NCBI GenBank assembly: GCA_019058015.1
Contig: JAHLWH010000016.1
Location: 1-29,566, forward strand
DNA length: 29,566 bases
Reading direction: 5' to 3'
DNA from: Promethearchaeota archaeon
Lineage (GTDB): Archaea > Asgardarchaeota > Lokiarchaeia > Sigyniarchaeales > SOKP01
In this document: positions 9,349 to 19,550 of the stretch, piece after piece
How the letters are laid out: every line of letters starts with the position of its first letter
Numbering within the stretch: position 1 is the stretch's first letter
Position numbers and translations under genes: made by a program
The notes under the pieces: model-generated
The model's database searches: none
Seen by the model: the letters and a program-made list of their open reading frames with translations, nothing else
Told to the model about the DNA's origin: nothing

Positions 9349-10338
9349 TTAATATTTTTTTGCAGGTACTAGCTTTAATACTTGGAATATTTGATTTTCA
9401 GAAGGATTTGTATCAAAATTTTTCAATTTTTTTTGTAATTTTTCACTTAGTATGAAATCCAATAAGAAATTTGGTTTTTCCTCACTTAGAATGATAAGTG
9501 AACCACTAGAGCCTCCTAATTTTGCTCCGATGATATTATTTATATTACAAAAATTTAATATTTCTTGATCAATTTCTCTTTGTAATATCACATTTTCAGT
9601 TGGATTTCCATAACGACCGTACGTCTGTGTTAATTTCTGATTTTCATTCATCAGTTTTCCAATTAATTTAAGGTCTTTATTAATAATTGCTTCTTTACCT
9701 TTAATAGCGCAATTTCGAATTTTATTCACTATTTTAATTAGACTAGAATTAGTTGGATAAGCGAGAAAAGGGAATCTATGAATATCTCCACTACTAATAT
9801 TCTTACTCCTTACACCAATATAGAATGGAATATCTTTAATATCAAGGTCTTCAATAATATAATTTCTAAAGTCATCACTTGAAAAATCCATATATTTTAC
9901 CCCACCAAACGTATCTATAAAACAATCTTGCGGTCCAGCAGTATTCCCTATAATCTCATGCTCAACAAGTCGAGTATAATGAGCGATGGTTCTTAAATTT
10001 AAGTTTAAAGAAAATAAATTATTGAGACCCTTAAATAGATTAACAATTATAGCAGTAGAACCTGAAAGACCCCCTTGTATGGGAATATTTGTCTCAATTT
10101 TAAAACTGAAATTTTCTATGCTAAAACCTTTTTGGTTTAATAAAATTAAAGAACTGCCTACTAGATTATTAAAATTCTCATTTTGTTCATTATTAGTTAA
10201 AAATAAATTTTTTTCTGCTTTAATTACCTCTCCTTTTACGAAAAGATCTTTAATGGTTGAGGAAATCACAACACCATTATAAATATCTGATGGATTTCCC
10301 AAAATTCCAATTCTTGCGTTAGTTTTAATTCTTACCAT
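9349..10338 (-). CDS. GHMP-family sugar kinase, glucuronokinase-like
   Basis: ARIGILGNPSDIY, TNIPIQGGLSGSTA (ATP-binding loop), AGPQD, SSGDIH and GAKLGGSSGS motifs. Confidence 0.82.
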   Translation of the reverse strand: MVRIKTNARIGILGNPSDIYNGVVISSTIKDLFVKGEVIKAEKNLFLTNNEQNENFNNLVGSSLILLNQKGFSIENFSFKIETNIPIQGGLSGSTAIIVNLFKGLNNLFSLNLNLRTIAHYTRLVEHEIIGNTAGPQDCFIDTFGGVKYMDFSSDDFRNYIIEDLDIKDIPFYIGVRSKNISSGDIHRFPFLAYPTNSSLIKIVNKIRNCAIKGKEAIINKDLKLIGKLMNENQKLTQTYGRYGNPTENVILQREIDQEILNFCNINNIIGAKLGGSSGSLIILSEEKPNFLLDFILSEKLQKKLKNFDTNPSENQIFQVLKLVPAKKY

Positions 10339-10339
10339 T

Positions 10340-11251
10340 TTATTTCTGGAATTCTTTTGTTCTTTTTATTTCAATATTAAATTCTTTTAGGATTTGAGAT
10401 AAATATGATTTATCTGGAGCATTCAATCCTTTCCAATCAAAAATGAAAAATCTTACTGTTTTCTCAATTGTTTTTTCAATCATTTGTTTAATCATTTCCT
10501 CATTAAGTTCTTGAACAAAATATTTAGGACAAATATGAGCAATTGCTATGTTTATATTAATTATAAGTTTTTTAAATTTAGGCGAATAATGGGTTCCACC
10601 AAATCCCAGACCTATAATTGGGTTTTCTTTTTTTACCATCCAATATTTTTCAATTGTTTTAATAATCGCATCAGCCACTACTTTTCCCGCTTCTTGATCA
10701 TTCCATTCAGCCTTTATACTGCCTAACTCAATAAAAACTAATGGAATGGAATGATTTGTGGGTCCATGATGATTAACTTCCAGATCAATAGAAAATTTTC
10801 CCTCTTCTAATTCTCTGCTGGATTCTAGAAGGGAGAGAAATCCAGCTTTTAATAAAATAGCACTTGAGTATGCAATTTCTTTTGAATTGCCACCAAATAG
10901 TGCTTCTTCGCCCCAATTTCCAGTTGTATGAATTAATAAAGCCGGTCGAGCTGATTTTGAAGCATGTCTGCTAGCAAAAATTAAGAAATCAGGCTTAAAA
11001 TCTAACTCTTCCAATTTAAGATCGTCGAGAAAAATCAAACTCTTATCAGTAAGTCCTAAATAAACTCGATTATTTAAAGAAATTTCCTCTTTGATGAAAT
11101 CTTTTTTAACTTTATTCAATAGAAAGAGATTATGCCCATACCATTTATTATTTAATTCTTTAAATGTATAATTTTTTGAATTTATTAATTTATGACGGAT
11201 GTTTATTGATGCGATATCCTCCGAACTCGATATAATCAAAAAATTTGGCAT
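10340..11251 (-). CDS. dtdA: D-aminoacyl-tRNA deacylase, archaeal/plant DTD2 type
   Basis: IFASRH, HTTGNW, LEVNHHGPT, FIELGS, GFGGTHY and HICPKY motifs. Start placed at ATG 11251 (MPNFLIISS.ED.ASINI) rather than TTG 11296. Confidence 0.92.
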   Translation of the reverse strand: MPNFLIISSSEDIASINIRHKLINSKNYTFKELNNKWYGHNLFLLNKVKKDFIKEEISLNNRVYLGLTDKSLIFLDDLKLEELDFKPDFLIFASRHASKSARPALLIHTTGNWGEEALFGGNSKEIAYSSAILLKAGFLSLLESSRELEEGKFSIDLEVNHHGPTNHSIPLVFIELGSIKAEWNDQEAGKVVADAIIKTIEKYWMVKKENPIIGLGFGGTHYSPKFKKLIININIAIAHICPKYFVQELNEEMIKQMIEKTIEKTVRFFIFDWKGLNAPDKSYLSQILKEFNIEIKRTKEFQK

Positions 11252-11313
11252 TATATTATATAATAATATACACGTTTTAATTAACCTATAACTCAATTAA
11301 AGATACAAAAAAA

Positions 11314-12669
11314 TTAAACTTCATTCCTCTTTTTCTTTCTTTTTCGTCTATATGCGATTAAAACAGATATACATATAACTTTTCCTACAATTGAAAGAAC
11401 AAGTAAAATATATCGTGTTGGAATATAGACTCCTGAAATGTTGTTATTTATTAATAACACATCTGTATCACTCTGAATATCAAAAATAATGAAATTGTTA
11501 ATAAAATCATTCTTTATTATCGTAATATTTTTAGTGGAATTCGGAATATATTCCGTCTCATAAAAACAATGCCAATTATCAGCTAAAATGCCTGTTTCAT
11601 GACCAATAAAGGTATTATTCTCTATTAATACATTCGAAGTAGAATGTATGGCTACTCCTACTATATTACTTTCCATATAATTATTATAAATATAAATCTG
11701 GTTATTTAAATTATAATCTAGCCAAAATGCACACCCAGTACCAAAATATTTACCGTCATAATTATAAGTATCATAGATTATATTATTATATGCAATTAAA
11801 CTGGAATTGTCTCTAATATTAATTGCATTATCTTCATTTCCAAAAAATGTATTGTTATAAATTGTGGTATTAGAGTGATCAGCTTCAATTCCATTAAATT
11901 CATTATAGTGAATAGTGTTATTATAGATTTCTACCTCTGTATAAAAGAGATCTATACCATTTGAATCCTCGCTTCCAAAAATATCATTATTATAAATTTG
12001 AGCACTTGTAGAATAAATTAAATTTCCTTCCATATCAAGATCGCTTTCGACAATTATTTGTTCGAAGAAGTTATTTTTGATAATGTTATTATGCACACTT
12101 ACATTATTCGCCTTTATATTCAAGCCATTTCTGTTTGAATTTTGTATTATACTATCTCTCACAATAAAATTATCCGCTCCGATAAATACGCCCTCACTAC
12201 CTTCGCAATCTTCTCCTTCAGGGCACCCTGTTTCTTGCATCTCACGATGATGAATTCTAGGACCACTCAATTCCTCGATGGTTGAATTTTGAATAAGATC
12301 TCTGCTCCCTTTAAGATACCAAAAATTATATTCGTAATTGTTATTCCAAGCTGTTACTTTACTGTTATAGATATATAATCCGCAATTATCTTCCACGCGA
12401 ATTAAAAACTCACCATCATAACTTGAGTTTATATATAAAATAACGTTAATGAGTGTTAAATTACCTCCCTCTCTGACCGTTAAATTCCCATTTAAGACAA
12501 TTTCTTGATTTGAAGTGAAATTATTTTGAGTAATTTCCTAATTTTCATAAATCACAGATTGATTTCCTGATACATATTCAATAGAAAAATCTAAAATTGG
12601 GTTAAAAAAAATTGTTAATAAAAATAAAAATATAATTGAACTTACAATTTTTCGAATGGATTTTGTCAT
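11314..12669 (-). CDS. Secreted, C-terminally membrane-anchored parallel beta-helix (NosD/right-handed beta-helix) surface protein with an in-frame TAG at codon 44 (possible pseudogene or readthrough)
   Basis: Manual translation from ATG 12669: MTKSIRKIVSSIIFLFLLTIFFNPILDFSIEYVSGNQSVIYEN*EITQNNFTSNQEIVLNGNLTVREGGNLTL..., continuing in frame into the 360-aa ORF. Repeated I.NN.I/F motifs, many N-x-S/T sequons, and a C-terminal TM helix followed by RRKRKKKR. Confidence 0.8.
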
Positions 12670-12727
12670 ACTAAAAAAAATTTGTGGTTATGTCAAAATA
12701 ATGAATCTCTATAAATTTAAAATTATT

Positions 12728-13669
12728 TTAAATTCTTCTTGACATTGGCCAAAAAAATTGAGAAATTCTCGCTTTCGCAGATTTTAAATAAAAATATTCA
12801 GTTCTACCTGCTACCCACTTAATTATGCATTTATCTATACCCATCTGCTTTATATCCCATAAGCACCATTTTAACAACAACCCTCCGATACCTTTTCCCC
12901 GTAAAATTTTTATTATACCTGTTGGACCAAAACTCCCCGGATGTTGAGCACTGTGAGTTGCAAATCCTATAATTTTGTTATTATTGAGATCTCGCACGAT
13001 AAACGTTGTTGAGGGATCATTCTCAAACGAAATAAGGGTCTCTTCTGGCCATGTGCCTCTGCCAAAATGTTTTTTAACAAAAGCTACAATTTCTTCTTTA
13101 TCTTTTTGTAATGCTCGTGATATTTTATATCCATTTATTTCTTTCAGGGGTTCTTCTTTTGGAAAATCTTCCTTATCAACTTCTAAGTCTGTTCGAAATC
13201 GTTTAAAGAAATTGTGTTTAAAGCCCAATTTCCTCAAAAAAAAGTATGCTTCAGTATGTCTTGGGTCGAGACCAGGCAACCAATAACGAGGATTTGAGTC
13301 CATAATAGAAACCTTCATTCTCCAAACTGAGTTTTTTTGTTGTTTTGCCCTCTTAAGAAGCTCGTTCATCATTTTAGTTCCTATTCCTTGAGATCTATAA
13401 TTTTTTTCTACAACGAACATCTTTATAACTAATTTATTTCGAGATTTTAGGAGAATACTTCTTCTAAACACAGCAAAAAAAAATGCTATTGGCGTATTAT
13501 TCTCATCAACTGCAACTAAACTCAATTCAGAAATATAACCTTCGTCCATTAAGGTTGCATGTTTAAAAGTTCGAAATGAAAAGGAGTAAAATAATACATT
13601 TTCCTCACACATTTCATAAACAGATCTTAAATTGCTTTCAGTAAGCGGAATGATGTTTAATTCTTCCAA
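12728..13669 (-). CDS. Tandem GNAT N-acetyltransferase
   Basis: Two motif-A copies (YRSQGIGT and LRGKGIGG), plus PRYWLPGLDP and FGPTGI. GGAGG SD before the TTG start. Confidence 0.85.
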   Translation of the reverse strand: MEELNIIPLTESNLRSVYEMCEENVLFYSFSFRTFKHATLMDEGYISELSLVAVDENNTPIAFFFAVFRRSILLKSRNKLVIKMFVVEKNYRSQGIGTKMMNELLKRAKQQKNSVWRMKVSIMDSNPRYWLPGLDPRHTEAYFFLRKLGFKHNFFKRFRTDLEVDKEDFPKEEPLKEINGYKISRALQKDKEEIVAFVKKHFGRGTWPEETLISFENDPSTTFIVRDLNNNKIIGFATHSAQHPGSFGPTGIIKILRGKGIGGLLLKWCLWDIKQMGIDKCIIKWVAGRTEYFYLKSAKARISQFFWPMSRRI

Positions 13670-13770
13670 ATTCCTCCAACAAAAAGATTTATAATTCTAT
13701 ATTGTTAAATTTTCTTTAATGTTAATAAATTTAATTAAAATAAAGGGTAACTCTTATATTAAATATCTTA

Positions 13771-14664
13771 TTAATGGTTTCTGATAAAATCGCGAATTGT
13801 TCTATACCCGATTATTTTTATATCGTGCTTCTTAACACACTCCTTGATACGTGGATCGGTAAATGCTTCATAATCTTGATTTCGCCAACTTGCTGAATCT
13901 GGTGTTATAGCTCTTAATTCTGGACTCATTTTTGCTGCATGAAATAAAAAGTGTGTCAAACCGGGTTTTATTTCTGCAAAAAGTTTACAATAATACTCAA
14001 CCTTATCTGGTTGCTCCCCCCCTGTATCAATAATCATGTGATCTATTAGAGGAAAACCATTTGCCTCTAGCTTTGAGAACATATTTAGAATAACATCAGC
14101 TTGATCTCCTCGTCCCAAGGCGATTAATTCTTCTCTTGTTATTCTTGGTAAAAATGCAGGAATATTGAACTCTCGAGCTACCTTTAGGTATGACGGAATG
14201 AATTTAGGATTCAGAACAGTTCCCATATGTGAATCTATGTGCGTAACGTCTATTCCATTGTCTAAAGCCATCTGAATTTGTGAACGCATCTCAGTTTCAG
14301 CCGCCTTAACAGTTACATTGGCAATCGCCTCCTCCTCAGTACGCCAAAGACATTTTTCTGAATCCAATAATCCTGTCTTGGGATCAACACTGCTCAATGC
14401 ACGCCAGCGATACAGATCATATTCACACGTGAGAGTTAAATGAATACCAAGATCATATTTTGGGTTATTCCTATAAATTGATGCTACTTCCAAAAACCAA
14501 GGGGCAGGGACAAGAATAGAGCCACAGCTAGCTATCCCAAAATCTAAACATTCAAAAGAAGCTACATTTGAAGCATGAGAAAAACCAATATCATCAATAT
14601 GGAATATAACAAGTTTATCAGAGGCTCTAAAACCAAGTTTTTCAATAAGTGTTAAATCCTTCAT
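13771..14664 (-). CDS. ChbG/YdjC family carbohydrate deacetylase
   Basis: IFHIDDIG, GIHLTLTCE, THIDSHMG and LFH motifs. Confidence 0.88.
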   Translation of the reverse strand: MKDLTLIEKLGFRASDKLVIFHIDDIGFSHASNVASFECLDFGIASCGSILVPAPWFLEVASIYRNNPKYDLGIHLTLTCEYDLYRWRALSSVDPKTGLLDSEKCLWRTEEEAIANVTVKAAETEMRSQIQMALDNGIDVTHIDSHMGTVLNPKFIPSYLKVAREFNIPAFLPRITREELIALGRGDQADVILNMFSKLEANGFPLIDHMIIDTGGEQPDKVEYYCKLFAEIKPGLTHFLFHAAKMSPELRAITPDSASWRNQDYEAFTDPRIKECVKKHDIKIIGYRTIRDFIRNH

Positions 14665-14729
14665 ATTTTAATCTCGCATTTCCTATCAAATAATTTATTA
14701 AAAATAGTAGGTCCATCTGCAATTTGATA

Positions 14730-15380
14730 TTATAATTTAATATCTACAGTTATTTTGGCTAATTGTTTTATTCTTCTTACTCCTTCAACTGCATCATCAG
14801 CGAAATCATCAGCACCCAGTTTTTTGGCAAGTTCCATATTTAATGGCGCTCCTCCAACGATAATTTTAACTTTATCTCTTAAACCAGCTTTTTCAAGTGC
14901 TTCATGAACATTTTTAATTTCCTCAACTGTCATCGTCAATAAAGTACTAAGACCGATAATTTTTGCCTTAGTTTTTTTTACTGTCTCAACTACTTTCTCT
15001 GCTGGAATATCCATACCAATATCTATCACTTCGAAACCAGCACTTAAGAGTAAAGATGATAGAATATTTTTTCCTATATCATGATTGTCTCCACGAACAG
15101 TAGCCAGAATAACCTTAATTTTTTCTTTCCCCCCACCTTCGGCCTCTAATTTTGGTTTAAGAATTTTAAATGCTTCTTTCATTGTCTCACCCGCAAGTAC
15201 TAATTCAGTAAGATAATATTCCTTTTTTTCATATAATTCTCCAACTTTGTCCATGCCTTTAGTTAATGCATCTAAAATACTCGTTGCGGTTTTACCTTCA
15301 TTCAATGCTTCTTTTACAGCGTCTTCAATGTCGTCAACCTCAAGTTCAATAATTAATTCGGTTAATTTTTCAAATTCCAT
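14730..15380 (-). CDS. Corrinoid (B12-binding) methyl-acceptor protein, MtaC/MttC-like
   Basis: B12 cap domain (GMDKVGELYE...ELVLAGE), DxHxxG motif GDNHDIGKNI, and IIVGGAP. ATG 15380 preferred over TTG 15389. Confidence 0.92.
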   Translation of the reverse strand: MEFEKLTELIIELEVDDIEDAVKEALNEGKTATSILDALTKGMDKVGELYEKKEYYLTELVLAGETMKEAFKILKPKLEAEGGGKEKIKVILATVRGDNHDIGKNILSSLLLSAGFEVIDIGMDIPAEKVVETVKKTKAKIIGLSTLLTMTVEEIKNVHEALEKAGLRDKVKIIVGGAPLNMELAKKLGADDFADDAVEGVRRIKQLAKITVDIKL

Positions 15381-15585
15381 TTTATTCAATACTCAATTCA
15401 TTATTTTCTACTTAAATCTATTATTTATTTATTATTTTAAATTCTAAAAAAGGTTTTCTGAAGTAAGGTAAAGAAGAATAATAAAATTATTATTGAATTT
15501 TCTACTTGATTTATTTTGTAAAATATTCTTAAGAGAAATTTTTAAACTGAAAATTTTTAATTCTGTTTTTCTTTTCTTAAGAAAT

Positions 15586-16359
15586 ATGGAAAAAAACAAT
15601 AATTTCGTAAATTCTGAAGTATCTATTGAAACAAAAACAAGTCCAATAATTATTTTAAAAAATGTTCTAAAGAAATATGTAATCGGAGATTGGATTGTTA
15701 GAGCCGTAGATCATGTAAATCTATCGATTTTTGAATCAGAATTTGTCACTATTGTAGGTCCTTCAGGAGCAGGGAAAACAAGCCTATTAAATTTAATTGG
15801 GGGGTTAGATTCAGTAGATGAGGGAGAAATTTATAATTCGGGAATAAAAATTACTGATATGTCTGAAGAATCCTTAGCTACATTCAGAATTTTAAATATT
15901 GGATTTATCTTTCAGAATTATAATCTCATATCAACTCTTACTGCTGAGGAGAATGTTATTTTTCCTATGATGTTGGCTGGAATGACCTTAGAAGAAAGAA
16001 GGGAAAGAGCCGTAAAATTATTGGAAGAGATGAGGCTAGAAGAGAGAAGAGAACATTTACCATTCCAACTTAGTGCAGGGGAACAACAAAGGGTTGCAAT
16101 TGCCCGGGCATTGGGTAATGATCCTCCAATAATCATTGCAGATGAACCAACCGCTAATTTAGATATGGAGACTGCAGAATTTATTGCAAAATTATTTAAA
16201 AAACTAAAAGAAAGCAAAAAAACTTTAATAGTTGCAACGCATGACAAGGCTTTAATTAAACAGGCAGATAGAATAATTACTTACAAAGACTCGAAAATAA
16301 TCAAGCAAGATATTATACATGATATTTTAAAAGATGGAGGGATGGAGGGATTTCATTAG
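15586..16359 (+). CDS. ABC transporter ATP-binding protein (LolD/MacB type)
   Basis: Walker A GPSGAGKT, signature LSAGEQQR, Walker B IIIADEPT and ATHD. Start placed at ATG 15586. Confidence 0.94.
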   Translation: MEKNNNFVNSEVSIETKTSPIIILKNVLKKYVIGDWIVRAVDHVNLSIFESEFVTIVGPSGAGKTSLLNLIGGLDSVDEGEIYNSGIKITDMSEESLATFRILNIGFIFQNYNLISTLTAEENVIFPMMLAGMTLEERRERAVKLLEEMRLEERREHLPFQLSAGEQQRVAIARALGNDPPIIIADEPTANLDMETAEFIAKLFKKLKESKKTLIVATHDKALIKQADRIITYKDSKIIKQDIIHDILKDGGMEGFH

Positions 16360-16376
16360 ATTTTGCAATAAAGGAC

Positions 16377-18242
16377 TTGATAAGAAAAAAAGAAACGACT
16401 ATTCCAAATTTAGTCATAGTTATCTCAGTTTCAGCATTAGTAGTTTATTTTATATATTTTTTTAATGGATTAGGTTTATCAATTTTTTATCAAAATCAAT
16501 ATTTATTCACAGCAAGCATCCGTGAAATTTACTATGAATTTATTGTCTTTATTTTAATTTTAGTGCTTATTATAGCCAGTACAGTTATAGTCATTATAAT
16601 CTCGTCTTTATTTACATATAAGAAGAGAGATATTGCGATAATGAAATCTTTAGGAACTTTACGCGAGAAACTTTATAGCTTTTATATGAAAGAAGCATTA
16701 ATTATTTATCTCATTGGCTTTTTAATTGGATCCATTATAGGGTTATTATCTTATGGATTAACTAGTTTAGTTATTACATTTCTTAATTTTTCAGTAAATA
16801 TTTATATAGATTTTTTTTGGACTCCTATTTTTTTCTTCTTAACTCTATTCGCTGTTTATATCATAAGTGGTTATGTATTAAGAAAAATCACTCAACAAAA
16901 AATTCAGTGGATATTTTCGAAAGATATACCACATGATTTTGATGCAAAAAAGACATTAACATTAATCCCTAGATGGCTTTCTCAATTTGGATTTAATCTA
17001 AAAATCGCTATCACCAATATAATTAGAAGAAAAGGTGAATTTAAGAGATTTTTAATTTTATTTGGTGCTTTAATGACTCTTGTCTTTACCCTTGCGATTG
17101 GGGTTTTTGTGCTGACCTCATCTGCAGAAAATTGGATTGCTAAATCACAAGGAAATAACATAATTGTAATTGGTCATAGAGATGTAGTATATAATTATTC
17201 TTTAATGTATCAAAAATTTTCTGATATAGATATTGATACCAATGAATCAACAATTAACTTTACCAAATCAAATTATTTATTTAATAGTAGTATTTTATCC
17301 GCATTCGAATCAATTGAAGGTATTCAAAAAATAGATGAAAGGTTAATTGCTTTTTCAACAATAAAAGAAATTAACAGTTCGATAATTATTGAAGGGCAAT
17401 ATATCTCAGTAGGAGAAGATAGACACGCCACAATTCCTTTAATTGGACTTGATTCAAATGAGATGAGCCAAGATTATGAAATTGAGGGGGAGTTTTTTAC
17501 AGATGAAGATGGCTATGATAATATTACAATAGGCGATTCTCTTGCAAGATATACATTTTCTTTTCCATTATATCAGAAATTAAGAGTAGGGAATGGCACT
17601 TCATATCACATAAAAGGAATTTTAATCGATAGTTTTAATAATGGATTCACAGCATATTTTAATTTAGAAACGTTAAATGAAGAAATGGGCTTACCTACAG
17701 ATAATATTAATATCATTTTGATTCAAGCTAATTCAACTGAAATTGATGCATTGGAAAATCAACTGGAAACAATAATTAAAAATGAATTAGGTCAAGAGTT
17801 TATTGCATTGAATATGAATGATGCTTTTAATCAGAACTTATTTATGTTGAAGACATTGAATATAATTCCGATAATTCTTATTATCCTTTTCTCAGCAATT
17901 TTATGCCTTTCATTATATAATTATCAAAAAGTATCTTTACATGAGAAGATTAAGGACTTTATTATTATGAAAGCAATTGGTGCAAAAAGCAAATTATTAA
18001 AGCGAATTTTATTCATAGAAAACTTCTTTATTATAATTATATCATCTGCTTATTCTATAGGAGTGTCAATGATAATAAACATTATTTTTTTATTTGAAAG
18101 AGTTACTTTGCCACCAATTTATGAACCATTATTAATATTTATTGGATATCTTTCTATCTTCTTAATATTAAATTTCCTCAGTTTAATACCCTTAAGTAAA
18201 AAGATAAAGCAATTTTCAATTAAGGATTTTGAAGTTTATTAA
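16377..18242 (+). CDS. ABC transporter permease with two FtsX-like domains (true start probably slightly upstream)
   Basis: Two FtsX motifs (KRDIAIMKSLG and KDFIIMKAIGA), multiple TM helices and a large extracellular domain. Directly downstream of the ATPase. Confidence 0.88.
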   Translation: MIRKKETTIPNLVIVISVSALVVYFIYFFNGLGLSIFYQNQYLFTASIREIYYEFIVFILILVLIIASTVIVIIISSLFTYKKRDIAIMKSLGTLREKLYSFYMKEALIIYLIGFLIGSIIGLLSYGLTSLVITFLNFSVNIYIDFFWTPIFFFLTLFAVYIISGYVLRKITQQKIQWIFSKDIPHDFDAKKTLTLIPRWLSQFGFNLKIAITNIIRRKGEFKRFLILFGALMTLVFTLAIGVFVLTSSAENWIAKSQGNNIIVIGHRDVVYNYSLMYQKFSDIDIDTNESTINFTKSNYLFNSSILSAFESIEGIQKIDERLIAFSTIKEINSSIIIEGQYISVGEDRHATIPLIGLDSNEMSQDYEIEGEFFTDEDGYDNITIGDSLARYTFSFPLYQKLRVGNGTSYHIKGILIDSFNNGFTAYFNLETLNEEMGLPTDNINIILIQANSTEIDALENQLETIIKNELGQEFIALNMNDAFNQNLFMLKTLNIIPIILIILFSAILCLSLYNYQKVSLHEKIKDFIIMKAIGAKSKLLKRILFIENFFIIIISSAYSIGVSMIINIIFLFERVTLPPIYEPLLIFIGYLSIFLILNFLSLIPLSKKIKQFSIKDFEVY

Positions 18243-18323
18243 GAAACTATTTTGGAAAATTTTTTATTATTGAAATTAGTTATAATTTATTAAGGTAAAA
18301 AGTGATAAAAAGAGGTTTTTTTA

Positions 18324-19511
18324 TTGGAACAACTTAAAGCTGAAGTGGAGCAATTAAAAAAAGAATTAGATTTTAAAAAAAGAGAGATTGACGAATTAAA
18401 AACTACTTTAGAAATCAGTGAAGATTCAATTTTAAGTTTTGAAGAGGAACTCAAAAATTTAAATAATCTTATTGATAGTTCAGGGATGAAACGTGCATAT
18501 AGTAAAAAAATCCAATTAAAATTAGAAGAAACAGAAAAAGAATTAAGAGAATTAAAAAATAATATGGGATTGCTTAGAAAAGAAAAAATTCAACTTCAGC
18601 AACAATTAAAAGAGGAGAGAAAGAAAGGATCTAATGCAATGGAACACGTTATTGAGATTAAGGAGAAAGAGGTGCCAGTCCATAATCTTGTAAAAGATTT
18701 AACAAGCAAATTGAACAAACAAAGATTATTAATTACCCGTTTGAAAAATGAATTGAGCGAAAGGCCAAGTAAAGAAGAGGGTGAATTATCAAAACCAATT
18801 AAAGTTGATCTTGGAAAAGAATTTTCAGAATTGAAGCTAAAACTTGATAATAAAGAAACAGTATTAAATGATTTGAAAGAAAAATTTGAGAAAAAAAAAG
18901 AAGAAATCAAAGAATTAAAATTAACTATTATCAATTCAAGAACAGAACCAAAAAAAGGAACGGAAACTGGTCATCTAAGTACACTTGTAAAAGAACTGCA
19001 AGATAAATTAAATGATTCTAAAATAAAATATAACAAACTCCAAAAACAGGTAAAAGAACTTCAAACACCAAAAAAGGATAATGAACTTCAAAATCAAGTA
19101 TCCAAATTGGAATCTGAACTTAAAAAAAAAGAAAAAGAATTAGAAAAAATATTAAAACAAAATAAGAGTTTAGAAGAAAAGGTTAAAACTATTGATTCTT
19201 CAAAAGTTGACAAAATTTTAACTGCAAAAAACAATGAAATTAACAATTTAACCAAGGACTTATATTTAAACAATAACAAAATAAAAGAACTTCAATCTAA
19301 ATTAAATGCAATGGAGCAAAAATGTACATCTTTACAAAATGAGTACATTAAATTACAAGAACATCTTAAAGCTCCAAAAATTGATATACAAGAAAGGAAG
19401 TTAGATAATGAGCAAGAGCTTAGAATTAGAGAATTACGCACTATTATCGAAACTCTTAAAAAACTAACAAAACAACAACGAATTGAAATTAACTATTTAA
19501 GAAATAAATGA
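18324..19511 (+). CDS. Long coiled-coil protein of unknown function
   Basis: 395 aa, E/K/L-rich heptad pattern throughout, with no TM segment or catalytic motif. GAGG SD before the TTG start. Confidence 0.8.
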   Translation: MEQLKAEVEQLKKELDFKKREIDELKTTLEISEDSILSFEEELKNLNNLIDSSGMKRAYSKKIQLKLEETEKELRELKNNMGLLRKEKIQLQQQLKEERKKGSNAMEHVIEIKEKEVPVHNLVKDLTSKLNKQRLLITRLKNELSERPSKEEGELSKPIKVDLGKEFSELKLKLDNKETVLNDLKEKFEKKKEEIKELKLTIINSRTEPKKGTETGHLSTLVKELQDKLNDSKIKYNKLQKQVKELQTPKKDNELQNQVSKLESELKKKEKELEKILKQNKSLEEKVKTIDSSKVDKILTAKNNEINNLTKDLYLNNNKIKELQSKLNAMEQKCTSLQNEYIKLQEHLKAPKIDIQERKLDNEQELRIRELRTIIETLKKLTKQQRIEINYLRNK

Positions 19512-19550
19512 AATTTCTTCTTAATAATAGAAAAAGCCTAAGTTATTTTA

